Part shown: positions 1 to 11,863 of the stretch, piece after piece | Numbering within the stretch: position 1 is the first letter of the stretch | How the letters are laid out: each line of letters opens with the position of its first letter | Assembly: GCA_020536535.1 (NCBI GenBank) | Contig: JAHLWZ010000892.1 | Location: 1-57,648, forward strand | Source: Pelomyxa schiedti | Taxonomy: Eukaryota; Protista; Evosea | DNA: 57,648 nt | Direction: 5' to 3' | The notes under the pieces: generated by a model | Told to the model about the DNA's origin: nothing | The model's input: only the letters and a program-made list of their open reading frames with translations | The model's database searches: none | Made by a program: the position numbers and the translations under genes

Positions 1-1060
1 TAAAAAGCCTGAGACCAAGCCAGGTGTGAATCCATCGGTATCAGAAATCAATCGACCAATCAAGAATCAAGAGGTAGAATCTTCTCTACCGCAAGTGAAA
101 TCAGAGAAGGTAGAAGAGAAGTCACCCGCGATTCATCAAAAGCAATCAGAAAATCCCCTATCAGAGTCAGATAAGCGCAAGATAGAGCTTATCAAGTACC
201 TCGATTTGTCTCATTTAGAAAAGAAAGACAGTCAACGAGTACGGAAATGGCTTCTGAACAATCTTGGTGTCATAAGTGACGGCGTTACTACGGGAAAACA
301 ACCTTGGTGAAGAATGATATCGATACAGGCGATGCCGAGCCAGTGGCTGGTGTAATGCATAGAAGATGACCTATGGCTCATGAGTTGATTGAACAAGAAG
401 TTCAGAAGAACCTCAAAGCCGGAATCAGCAAACCGTCAAATACACCATGGGCAGCTCATGTGGTGTTGTATTACAGAAGAAGCCTGATGGAAGTATTAGA
501 TTTCGTATTGATTACAGGAAACTGAATGAAGTCACCAAGAAAGTGGCGTTTCCAATGCCACGCATTGATGACACTTTAGAGAATCTTGGAGCATGTGATT
601 GGTACTGGAATCGATTTGAAAAGTGGATATTGGCAGGTTGGAATGACCGACGCAGCAAAAGAAAGAAGCGGTTTCCGAACCAGAAGTGGCCTTTATCAAT
701 TTAAGGTGATGCCATTTGGGCTCGTGAACGCTCCTGCAACATTTCAAAGGTTGATGAACATCGTGTGGAGCGGTGTATCACCCTTAACAGCGATGGTATA
801 TCTTGATGATATTATCGTGTTCACCAAAGGCAATTTGAAAGAACATCTAGTAGCCGTAGATAAGGTTTTTGAGTGTTTGAGATAGGCAGGTTTACAAGTA
901 GGCATTGCCAAATGCCAGTTTGCGAAGAAGAAACTTAGATATCTTGATAGACATATCATCTCTAGTACAGGAACTGACGCAGTATGAGATCTCGCTCCAC
1001 CAAAGAATGTGAGAGAAGTTCGTAGCTTCTTAGGTCTCATTGGCTATTATCGACATTTAC
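1..1060 (+). mobile_element. Degenerate Ty3/gypsy LTR-retrotransposon pol fragment (reverse transcriptase), runs off window start
   Basis: KKPDGSIRFRIDYRKLN, FPMPRIDDTL, DLKSGYWQV, FKVMPFGLVNAPATFQRLM, catalytic YLDD, VRSFLGL.GYYR; interrupted by stops (e.g. TAG 883-885) and frameshifts; no introns. Confidence 0.92.
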
Positions 1061-1571
1061 ACCATCAAGCCCATTTCCCTTAACCACGTAACACAAGAGT
1101 CCTCAAGACTTGTTGGACCATCGTGGGTGCACCCACCAACACGGTTCACGCATCTGTTTCTTTGTTTCTTCGAGGCTCCGACTCGACCAACTTGGTTCTG
1201 GTCACCGCGCGACGCCGTTGGTATCCTCGTTCCGTACGCGACTGCTGAGTGACTTGTGTTGCTTGTGGAACCCGTCGTCGTGTGGCCTGCGTCCCACCCA
1301 AGTTGGTGGGTCTTAGTTTTTTTTTCTTGATTGTTTACCCTCATCAGGCCTCTGGGCTATCAACTTCCACAAGACTCCAGCTGGTGTGTCCATTTCATAA
1401 TAGAGTTAAACGGGGCTCGTGTCTCTGACCCTTGAGTCCCTCACACAACAACCTCTGGGATTGTACAACAATAAAAAAAAAAAAACCCAAGGTGGTGAGG
1501 AAAACCACGTGTCGTTTTTCGCATTGGCAGTGGCAGTAGTAGCAGCAGGCAGCGTCATTATTGATTGGTGG

Positions 1572-2973
1572 ATGGACTGTTCTTTGGGTTCTGCTTTGGT
1601 TGTTGCCTTGCCATTGTGGGTGTGAGTGGGGGCTGGTGTGTGCATTTTTCCCCCAAGGATGAAGCGTGGTGGGCAACACTGCGAATCAGCCTTTGGGCGT
1701 ATGCCCCCCCAGCTCTAAGCTCTAAAACGCAGCAGGCAGGCTCAGCCAAACAACAACCCTGCTGGATTGTGGTGTTTGTTCCTTCATCATTTCATGCTCA
1801 TCATTCCCCAATTTCTGTAACCTCATCCCTCCTCCCAGTTCGTTTGGCTCAGAATCCACTCCACACTCACTACACACAGTGCCCGTCGGTGGGGTACGGT
1901 TTTACGCAGAAATTGAAGCTTTGACTCTGGAAAAAAAAACCGGAAAATTCGAATGCAACAACGAAACGGTGTTGTGGTTGTGGTCCTTGTGGCTCTGTGT
2001 TTGTGGAAGAACGGTGGGTGGTGTCGTGAACAAGAGCAGGCAGATTGCTCGTGGGTTTACGGAAACCACACTGACGGCAGCGCCTACACAAACGGCGAGC
2101 CAATCGACGTGTGTGCTTTGGTTGTTGTTAGAGATTGCCTGGCTCGTTGTTGTACCCTGAATGTGTATGACAAGCACCACAGAGAGGATGATGGCGATTT
2201 GTTTTTTTTTTTTTTTTTTTTTCCTGGACCCCATTGTTTTTGGCGGCTAAATCGCTGTTGCTTAGGTGTGTGGGGAAAATGCTCCTGCTGAGGAACAAAT
2301 GGTTGTTGGGGAGGACTCCACTATCATTATAGTGCCTGGGGACACGCCAAAGCACCTTCCTGCACACCCTATTTCTGAGTTGGAGAAGCGCAGCTTGGTG
2401 TTGGCAAAGAATCAATTCGAGACTCTGAATCCCCAGCCTCTCGTCATTCTCGTAAGTGGTGGAAACGTTCACCCAGACGGCACCCCTTACAACGAGGTTG
2501 TCAATCCCAAACATCCATATTATTTTATTTATATGCGTGTTCCATCTACTGAGAGTATCTTATCGATGCGTAACAGGCGTGGGAAATGAGGAATTATCTT
2601 GTCAATGATTTGGGTTTCCCAATCTCTAAAGTAGTCCTGGAGCCCTATGCAAGACATTCAGATAGGAATCTACGAAATGCAGGCCGGTTTATGTTAGTTG
2701 AGATTCCACCAAACTACCACCAAAAAACAAACCCAAAAAGAAATGACCATACAATCCCTCTAACGCCGCTTTTTCCAGACATACAACATCAGCCAAGCTA
2801 GAGTGGTTTGTGACAGCCCTCAATCCATACTGTTCATAGAAACAGTTCACAATGAGGAGATAGATGACCTCGGTTATGCTGTGGGTACAATGGAACGCAT
2901 TTCCGTTGATACCTTCACGTTCATTCCCTCAAGTGATGTTACTAAATGGGGCTCCGATGCTGCTGATCCGTGA
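1572..2973 (+). CDS. YdcF/DUF218 (ElyC/SanA-like) family protein, spliced; start uncertain
   Basis: Exons give ILVSGGNVHPDGTPYNE|AWEMRNYL...G.P...VVLEPYARHSDRNLRNAGRFML, the DUF218 SGG...EA..M...E..A..T..N pattern; stop TGA 2971-2973. Confidence 0.72.
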
Positions 2974-3104
2974 TACAATTTCCTACGGTTTTACTTCTGT
3001 TTTTGTACTTCCTTTATGTGGGAGCCAATAATAAGAGAAAGGATTCAAACAAAGGCTCTTTATGTATTCCCATAAATTACGTCACCATAGTTGAAGTTCT
3101 GGTT

Positions 3105-5031
3105 CTACATGCTAGCGCAGTTGTGGGCTGCAAAATTAGTAATAAGAGGCGTGTCAGTACTGGACAGGATTGCAAGAGAGATAGTTTTGAAGCTCTCCGG
3201 CAATGTGAGTACCTTGAGTTGTTGTAAGGAACACTCCAAATGGAAGGGTGTGAACAACCTCAATTCTCTTATTCCCAATGGAGGAACCGGTTGCAATGAC
3301 CTTTGTGTTTCCAAGTACTGTCACACCGTCGATTTCTTTGGTTGTTAGTAGGACCTGGATTTTTTCAATTACCATATTCACGAACACGTTGGCCTCCAGA
3401 TTGGTCTTCTTGAATCACAAGCCTATCAACTGTGTTCTCTGTGCTGGGGAGTGTGAGTACCAGTTTGGTTGTATTTCCTGATGTAGAAACGATTTTGCCA
3501 TTATCTCCATAGCAATTGCGGATCCAATCCCCGAATTCTTTATACCTCTGTGAACTGCTGTTAACACTTATTCTTATTAGTATTGGAACTACTTGCACAG
3601 CATTATCAGGTATCTGGCCATCTGGGTTTGGTGCAAAGTCCAGCAGCATATTGCCATTTCTTCCTACACTCTCATCATAAACCTGTATCATTGTCAGATA
3701 CACATAACCTTGCAGATACCTGTTGGAGCTCTCTCAAAGTCCTAAGGCCCACCCACTTATCATAAAACCACTTGTCTCCATTCTTTATTTCCTTATAAGA
3801 GCAGGCACAAGTGAACGGCATACCTGTAGGGTTGTGTCACATTCTGCAGGGCACCAGTCGGTACTGTCCGGGTCGCCTCCATCGGTTGTTCCTTTGAGGA
3901 AATTAGTAAATATCGAGGTGAAGCAAGTCCCACCTGTGGACCAGTTCGGGTAAGGAGCATGCCCAGATTCAGTTCCAACCCACCTTACACTCTGAGGGGA
4001 ATTTGAGGCAGTAGAGGCGGTACCTTATTGGATTCTTTGAGATTCCAAAGCCGTTAAAGGCCACTGAATTGGGCTGTGTGTCTTCAAGCAGTGCGGAGAT
4101 GGCATCAACAATATCCTGTTGGTACCCTCCATCAAACCAAACCTCTGTTAGGTCGCCGTATTCTGTCCATATTTCCTCAAGCTGTAAAGGAAATTAATCA
4201 AAAAAAAAATACATGTTTCTGCGTTAGCTTACTTGGGAAAGTGCTATGCTTTCAAATTCAGACTGGGTGACATAAACCTGATTTTCATGAAGGGATGTAT
4301 TGTAAACAACTCCTCCCCAGACATTTAGGTAACAGTTCTGTACAAGACTACAAATAGTAAGGAATGTTGATTAGGTACATTTCTGAGCCGCTAGGAATTT
4401 TATACCTATAGTAAAGGCCAGGTTTCACATTGTACTTCAGGCATGACTCCACAAACTCGCCAACAATATCACCATCATAAGAGCTGTGGGAGACACTATA
4501 TTGGTACTCATCCTGAATGCTTTCGACACGCACTTTTGTTGGCCTGTAGTTGAACTTTAGAAACTATCACAGAATCCAGAAGTAATTAATGTTAACAGAA
4601 CAAACATCAGCAAGAAGAATTCAACCAACTAAACAAACAGCAGAACTTCGCACCAAGTAGTGAACCCATAAGCATGTTTGGCAATGTACACGGCATACTG
4701 AGCACCCAGGGCAACAATTGATTCCATCCATTGGTCAGTGCTCACATTGGCAGGATTGAATGCAGTTGGTGGGGGCAGGTCCTCTGTCAACATTTGACTC
4801 TCACTGCACCCTTGGTCCCCTTGTATAGTCCCCATGTCAAAGTGAATTATGGCCTGACAAGACTCGCTGAATTCAAACAAACAACAAAGAAAAAAAGCAC
4901 ACCCCAATTTCGTATTTGGACCAATCCAATTGAGGACTTGTGGGCAGTGGTACAGACCCACCATACATTGTGAATCCCACAAGTAGGACACAAGCAACAA
5001 CGAGATGGCGGAGCACTCCTTCAACCGTCAT
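3105..5031 (-). CDS. Alpha-L-fucosidase (GH29), secreted, multi-exon
   Basis: Signal peptide (MTVEGVLRHLVVACVLLVG); PTSPQLDW, AIIHF, FNP...STDQW, AKHAYGFTTW, GDIVGEFVESC...PGLYYS, EVWFDG nucleophile motif, SVGRNGNMLLDFAPNPDG. Confidence 0.9.
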
Positions 5032-5126
5032 TAAGTTTTTGACTTTGCCCGAGTCAAAGAAAACATGTTTTGTTGATTGAAACAGTTTCAACAACTTGTT
5101 TTCGGAAGCCAGTTTCAAAGTCTCTT

Positions 5127-6620
5127 TTAGTGTTTAGTCTTTGTATTCGTTTTCTTTGACCTCTTCTTTGTCACTGTAGCCTTTGATGAGTCCTTGGTGT
5201 GGGTTTTCTTGGGTTTGCTTCTGGTGGTGACTTTCTCCTCAACCTCTTCATACTCAACCACCAAGCATGTGCACGTCGGACTTGGCACTGCACTTGTCAT
5301 CGGCCGGGGCCACTCTTCAGGTCTTTGCTCCCGCGCGGTGTGCCAAACGGCGCTGCCATCTCCAAGTCGATGAGGAACCAGGCGTTGGTCTCCGGGTTGA
5401 AGAGGACGTTGGGCCCTTACGTCCCGATGTGAAATTCCGAGCTTGTGCAGAACAGCCAGGCCCAGCAGGGTGCTCACCACCGCAACAAAGAGTTCGAGCT
5501 CGTTCATTGGCTCGCGGGTCTGCCCGGGTGGTGTGGGGGTCACTTCCAACCAGCCTTTGTACTTCGGGTTCCTGCCTTTGTTTGTTATCGGACCTTTCAC
5601 TGGCTGTACTATGAAGGGCTTCAGGTGCTTGTAAACATCAAAAAACATTGGGTAGGAAAACAAGGTATTGCTGTAAAGAAGTAAGAAAAGGAGAGGAGGT
5701 ACTGTGTGGTGCAGGGTGCGGCGATTTGTTTTTGTGTGCTGAGGGAAACAAAACAACAACCATTTTGGGTTGACCCGCTTGTTTATGTTGCGTTCTCTGG
5801 TATATCTCACTATACAATCCGGTGTTTCTTTAAAAACCATGCCTTCTTTAAAGAGTTTCTCACATGGAATCTGGAGTATTGTGGATGGTGTGCGAGTTAG
5901 CAATTAATTGTGGTTGTTGCGTATGGTCAGTTCATCAAAGTTAAGTAAGTGGGTGGCAGTCACTGCATACACACCAAATGACAATGATCTAAAGTTCGTA
6001 TCAAACGACAGACATTTACAATGAACCTAAACATGTGCAGTTTGTCCTTGGTTCCAGTTAGAAGAACAAGTATATAATAGGAATATAGAATTGTTAGCCC
6101 ACGTATGCCACACCTCTGTGGAAACGGGTCAGATGACGTATCACACTGCATTAAAGTTTTAACAAAGTCAACGAGTTCATCCAATTTCAAGGTATCAATC
6201 TCCAATCTCCGTGTTCCAGGGCCAAGGGCTCTGAATATCTTTTATCTGTAATTGCAACTTAGCCAAAAATCGGAAAACAGCATTTAACAAAGGGAAAAAC
6301 AAACAAGGTGCCGGGCAAACTCTCAGTGTTCTTGTCTACAAAAGATCCGAGTCTTTCTTGGGATCGTGCAAGTGGAAAATCGTGCAGATTTCAGGACTGG
6401 AGAACAGCTCCGAAGAAATGGCCCTTAATATGGGGAAGAGGCGGGTGCCACTTTCAGTCAAATACAAGGCCTCGGAGAATGCAGCGAAGCGAGCTCTGAT
6501 TGCCTCCAGTTCCTGCAGGGAGAATATTCGAGACAGCCACCCACACGCGATTTTTTTTTGGCAGGTGGCTGGGCCCCGCCATCGCCCCGCGGTGCTGCTG
6601 GGCGCGGTGGTCGCGGTGCC
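5127..6620 (-). pseudogene. Crinkler-like protein kinase fragment, probably pseudogene; boundaries approximate
   Basis: LLGLAVLHKLGISHRDVR followed, only in a shifted frame, by PNVLFNPETNAWFLIDLEMAA (frameshift at ~5414 in the catalytic loop); upstream FRFIVNVCRLIRTL segment. Confidence 0.6.
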
Positions 6621-6858
6621 GCCGCCCCCGTTCACCCCCACCTCCACCCCCGCGCTCAAGAGACCATTGGCCCGCCGGTGGGCAACGTGCTTGCAGCTGC
6701 TGCCGGCTGCATCGACACACCAGTTTTTGTTTTCACCACTTTCGTTTTGGTGAGGCAGAAAAACAGTACAGTTTTTGCTGGTGTTTACAGAGCAACTTAC
6801 ACTGTACGTGGCGGTTATCACCTTACAGCGTTGGTGATAACCATAATTTGTTTTTGCG

Positions 6859-8678
6859 ATGAGTGCTTGGGAGGCAGTAGTTGTTAACCTTGCCAGGTAT
6901 GGTTCAAAAACACAAAAGATGAGATGAGCTTTATTAGGTTCCTGTGTGCGAGAGACATGATGCGGCTATCAAGCACTTGTAAGGCTCTTCGCACACTTAT
7001 TGAGAATCATTGTGACTGGGTGTGGGGTGAGCTTGCTTCTCATCTTTTTGGATTATACCCCTTGGATTCCCCCAAGAAAAATCACTTGGGAACCATTGTT
7101 GCATATGCTTCCACTCCAAGACTATCTGCTGCCCGTTTTACATCTCCCACGTTGAGTCTTCTTTTCGCTTTTTGTTATCTGTTTCACTGCACATAATAAA
7201 ATCCCTAAGAGTTTTCAGAACCCCTACTACTCGTTTGGTACGAATTAATGTAATATCGAGGCACCCTTTGGATCCATCTTTGTTTCCAAGTTCTTCTTCA
7301 TGAATTGTAGCCAAATGACACTGCATTACAGCAATTGATTTTTGGAAACCTTTTGCTGATTCAATCATTGACAAGTGGTACAGCCAGGATACTGATTTTG
7401 ACAATGTACTATGTTGGTACCTGGACCCGGCCTGTGGGAGCACCATCTGTTTTGAGGTATTAACTCAGTATTTCCTTTATAATACTCGTCAGATGGAGAC
7501 AGAGGCAAGATCTTTTCATGAGTTCCTTGACCACAACCAAAGCTTACTTCACTCTCCCTCACATGTCTGGCGCTTAAGATTGTGTCCACAGTAAGTATCC
7601 TTCTCCTGTTTTCTGAATCTGAGTTGTTCAAGATACGATGTAATTACTATCCACCACGGAGAGATTAGACACTATTCCTGCAAAAACCGGGTTCCAATTT
7701 ATTGTGCAGGTGCAGGTATAAACCTCCAACGTTCCTCAAAATCCTTACTCATTCTCATAACTGCAAATACAAAGAAAAAATCAAGTGGAGAAGTGCAGTC
7801 TCTAAATTGATAACTATTGACTCCCTCATTCCATGTTCTTTCTTCCCACGAAATGTAACGATTTACCTCTGTACAGCAACCGAATTGTGTGCAAGTTGTA
7901 CGACTGTCAAACCTGCAAAACCTCATCGAAAAAAGTCTGGTATTGGCCATGGGCCATGGGCATCATTTTTCAGTCTCGTCGGTTTACCTGGAACTGGGAA
8001 GCGTTCCTTTATTGGAAAACTCTCTGAACTCTTCCCGTAAGCTATAATAATATAGAAGGACTTCAGTTCAATGGCGTCAAGGTACAATAATCTCACTTGC
8101 GCGGAATATCAAATAGAGGATGCAAACCTAGCATCTCTGTACTTTCGAGATACAAAGACTGTTTTCATATCCGGGATATGCAATACGACCAGCACAACCG
8201 ACACCGCGGATATGACTCATCTTATTTCGCGGTCTTCCGCCGTCATCTTTGTTCTAGACACCGATAATGAAGTTAAATCCATTTCCCTACTAAAAATACT
8301 CACCTCAGCCAACAGGAGTCAAGTATGCCCTTTCTGCATGAAATCTTGTGCCACCTTGCCTGTAGCCCCCAAATTCCGCTTGTTGTTGCTTTTCACAAGT
8401 TAGTAGTCCAATTCCAACTCATATTTAGCACCACATTTAACCACTCCCTGATTCGCAGGTTCGAGTTTTCTTCCCCAACAACATCAGGCCTTTCCCATAT
8501 TCACCACATTTCACAAATGATAAAAACACACAACCCCCCACCTCCAAAAAACTGGCTTGTAACTTGCACATCCGTATTTGCTCCTAATTCACTTGCGCGA
8601 ATCATTGCCTGGCTCTCCCTCTGGGCTCCCAAATTTGACTATTCCAAAGAAAGCACCACACAGTGCTCCCTATCATGA
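6859..8678 (+). CDS. F-box-like N-terminus plus divergent Ras/Arf-like GTPase domain with C-terminal CaaX
   Basis: FLCARDMMRLSSTCKALR...W..L (F-box-like); LVGLPGTGKRS P-loop; AVIFVLD; IPLVVAFHK; ends QCSLS*. Confidence 0.55.
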
Positions 8679-8916
8679 AAGAAAAAACCGAAGCCATAAA
8701 TCAACACCAATCTTGAGTGCCTCTAGCTCGTTTGGTAGTTCCTCCGGAGGGCATAGACGGTGATCATTCCTGTAATAACAATTTCGAGGCGCACAGGTCA
8801 ATACCGAGCCGTGCGTCACACCTTGGCAGCCAACCGGCCCATAATTCACATTTCAACCACCAACCCCCGAGCCGATTTTTACCCCCGCCGCTGCCCTCCT
8901 TTCTCCTCGTACTCCA

Positions 8917-11627
8917 ATGAGCAGCACCCCCTCCAAACACAAAAAGGGCGTGAGCCGCCTGGCCTCCCCGCCCCCGCAGTCCTCCTCGTCGGACGAGCCT
9001 CCTGCCCCCTCCTCCTCCCCCCGGGGCTCTAGCCCAGGCACCACCACCACCACCACAACGACCACCACCAAGCCGGCACCGCCGCGGCAGCCGGAGGGAG
9101 GAACAACAGCAGCAGCAGCGGCGACGGCGACGACGACGACGCCTGCGGGGGGTGCGTCGAGGCTCGCGCGGGGCTGCGGGTGCGTGTGCCGGACCACCGT
9201 GACCACGTTCTTCGCCCTGCTCTCCGTGGTCTCGGCCCTCCTGGTGATCGCCAACAACGTGAACACCATGGGCGGCGGCGGCGGCGGCGGCGCGGGCGCG
9301 GGGGGCTCCCCAAACGACCCCGCCCCGGGCGGCTCCTACTACTACGAGCCCCACACATACACTTACACATACTCCAGCACACCCCAGCAGCAGCCTGTAC
9401 AGCAGCAACAACAACAGCCGCCGCAGCAGCAGCAGCAACAACAACAACAAATGCAGCAGCAGCAGCAGGCGGCTCAGCTGCAGCAGTACACAATTCCGCC
9501 GCCGATTCACTATGAGAATGACGCGAGGCAGCATGGAGGGGGAGCGGGGGGGGCTTATGATTGGGGGGCGGAGGGGAGGTATGCTTCGACGGCAAAGATT
9601 GATGACATTTTGTGTGACACCGTGGCACCCCATTTGCTGAACAACCCGCTGCTGTGCACGGTAATGATTCCTGTTGTTTGCCGCCTTTGGAGTTGCTTAT
9701 GTTATTTCTCAGGTTGTGGTGCAGAACATTGGTGGATACACACTTCAGGGATTGTTCCTATCAGTTAGACATTGCTACAGCACTTTTTTTTGTTTTTTCT
9801 TTTCCTTTGCTTTGCTTTTCTTTTCTTTTGATTTGATTTGATTTGCTTTGTTTTGAAACTTAGTGCCGTTTAAGGTTAAGGAGTACTGGCCAGAAAACAA
9901 ATTGCCTGGCACGTACTACAAATCCACAACTGTGGAAATTGGGCCACTCAAACCTGGTCACAGTAAAAGGCAGCAGCTGATGGTTTTTTGCTCGTTTGGG
10001 GTCTATGATGTATCAGAATCCCGAGTTCCTCCTCAGCTTATGTTTACTGTGGAGGACTTTAACAGGCCTCCCCACGCCATGACATTGTATCCTGTAAGAT
10101 GGAGTAAGTGCTTCTTTCATCTTTATATTTCAATTTATAAATTGCTTCATCACAGCGTGGTTCCGTGGTGAGCTAACACATGCAAACGAAAACGACACAG
10201 CTGTCGTGATGTTATTACTAGGCCCACAAGGTAAATCACTAGTTTTACAATAGAAAGAGGTCATCAATTTTAGGGCAATGCAAAAGTGCATTTGGAAATA
10301 CAGTTCTGCACTTATGTGGAGATAATTCCTTCCACCAATTTTACGTTCCTCATATAATGCCAACAGGAATAGAGTAAGTTACTTGTTAAGGTTTCTTTTT
10401 TTCATGTGCCACAGTAAGCAAGGTACTACAAAGAATTTCTGTGCATTCAAGGCGGCAGCATGCAATTTGGTTTTGATAGACACACCTGGTACCAACCTAG
10501 AGGTTACAGGCTCTGTTCTACTCCAAAACCTTACGGACTTAGCCAAGTAATGGGAGTGGGTGAGGGAGAATTCACCTACACACCACTAATCCTGCATTTC
10601 AGTGGCACCCGTGGCCCAGAAAGTGCGGAAAGCAGTAGTACATGCCCTAATGCCGGGATAATGCCCGTTCCTGATCTGTACGCGATTTTTATTGGCCAAG
10701 ACAGCTTCGTAGGGGATCTGGATGCAAACCTTGAGAGTGTTCATTTCCCAAGAAGTGACATTGCCAAGTTAGTTGCTGAAAAAAGTGTGTCCATCAGCTT
10801 TAGATTTCCTTCTGATTACTTCCATCCAGATAAAAAATTGCATTATGTCATCACCAAGGTCCTTACTTAACTTAAATATGTAAAATTCCAACATTTTCCT
10901 CAGGGGGACAATATGGACCCATCACTGCGCCAAAACCCACTTGACATAAATGGAACTCAAATCCAAACTTTTATTCAAATACTTGCTGGAGTTGCCAGTA
11001 CACCTACACTGGTAGCTTTTCTTTCCTTGTTGGTCTTTCTGAATAGAAAACCCAGATTTCACATCTTGTAACCTACGGAAGTCCTGATGTGTTTCCATCC
11101 ACAGATAAACCTTTTGCCTGGCCTGTTTCATTTGAATACGATAGATCTGTATGTAATTTCTTTTTTTTTTTTGGGCAATTTACCTACTGTATCTCAGGCC
11201 TTTTATGTCCTTCGTCGCTGTCTATCAGTCTTTAAAAAAGTCAGTATCGATGTTCAAGTGTCACCCAGCACATCACCCAGTGCTCCCGGCTTTGCTGGAT
11301 GGCTTCAAAGAAACGGCAGGTGGCTCAAAACGATGTACCCCACATTCCGAATAGCCATGGAAACCAGATACACTGAACTTCGCCCAGTGTTCACACTCCT
11401 TGATACGATTTCTCTGGACAAAATGGGTGTGCCGCTTTTCCCCTTTTTCTTCTTGTACTGAATCCCTTCCAGTTGCATGGCCATTTTACATACTTGTGTT
11501 GACTTTGCTGATGAGCAATTTTCTTTGGTTGCGATGTAGCCCCTGGGTGTGGACCTCTTTCGTGCTGCTCACTGTGGTGCCTATTGGCCTGGTTTTATTG
11601 TACAATGTATACTTCAGTGTACCCTAA
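8917..11627 (+). CDS. Hypothetical membrane protein (S/T/P-rich N-terminus, TM helix, poly-Q tract, large globular region, C-terminal TM helices)
   Basis: 283-aa GC-rich first ORF with TM FFALLSVVSALLVIA, followed by same-strand exons ending in hydrophobic helices; no family recognised. Confidence 0.5.
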
Positions 11628-11863
11628 ATTGCGGGAAACAACTTTCCTTCTATTTCTATTTCTATTTCCATTTTTTGTTTTGATTGTTTAGCCTTACGGT
11701 CAACCACACAGTTGCGCCTTTTGAACAGAACGAAAAAAAAACCCTTTGGCATACACCCGGTTGGCATCACTCCCCTGCGCAACCACTTGTCAAACGAAAA
11801 CGCAAATAAGCCATAAATTGTATTTAACACCACACGGTAGGGAGGTAACGACGGCAAGAGGGA

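Noticed and set aside
1061-1480. Possible 3' LTR of the gypsy relic
   Set aside because: No polypurine tract, clear TG...CA ends or second copy in the window; RNase H and integrase are absent
8764-9633. Long antisense and alternate-frame ORFs here and at 14778-15323, 23612-24088, 32970-33458, 46006-46512, 52289-53045
   Set aside because: Shadows of real GC-rich or low-complexity exons; no independent motifs
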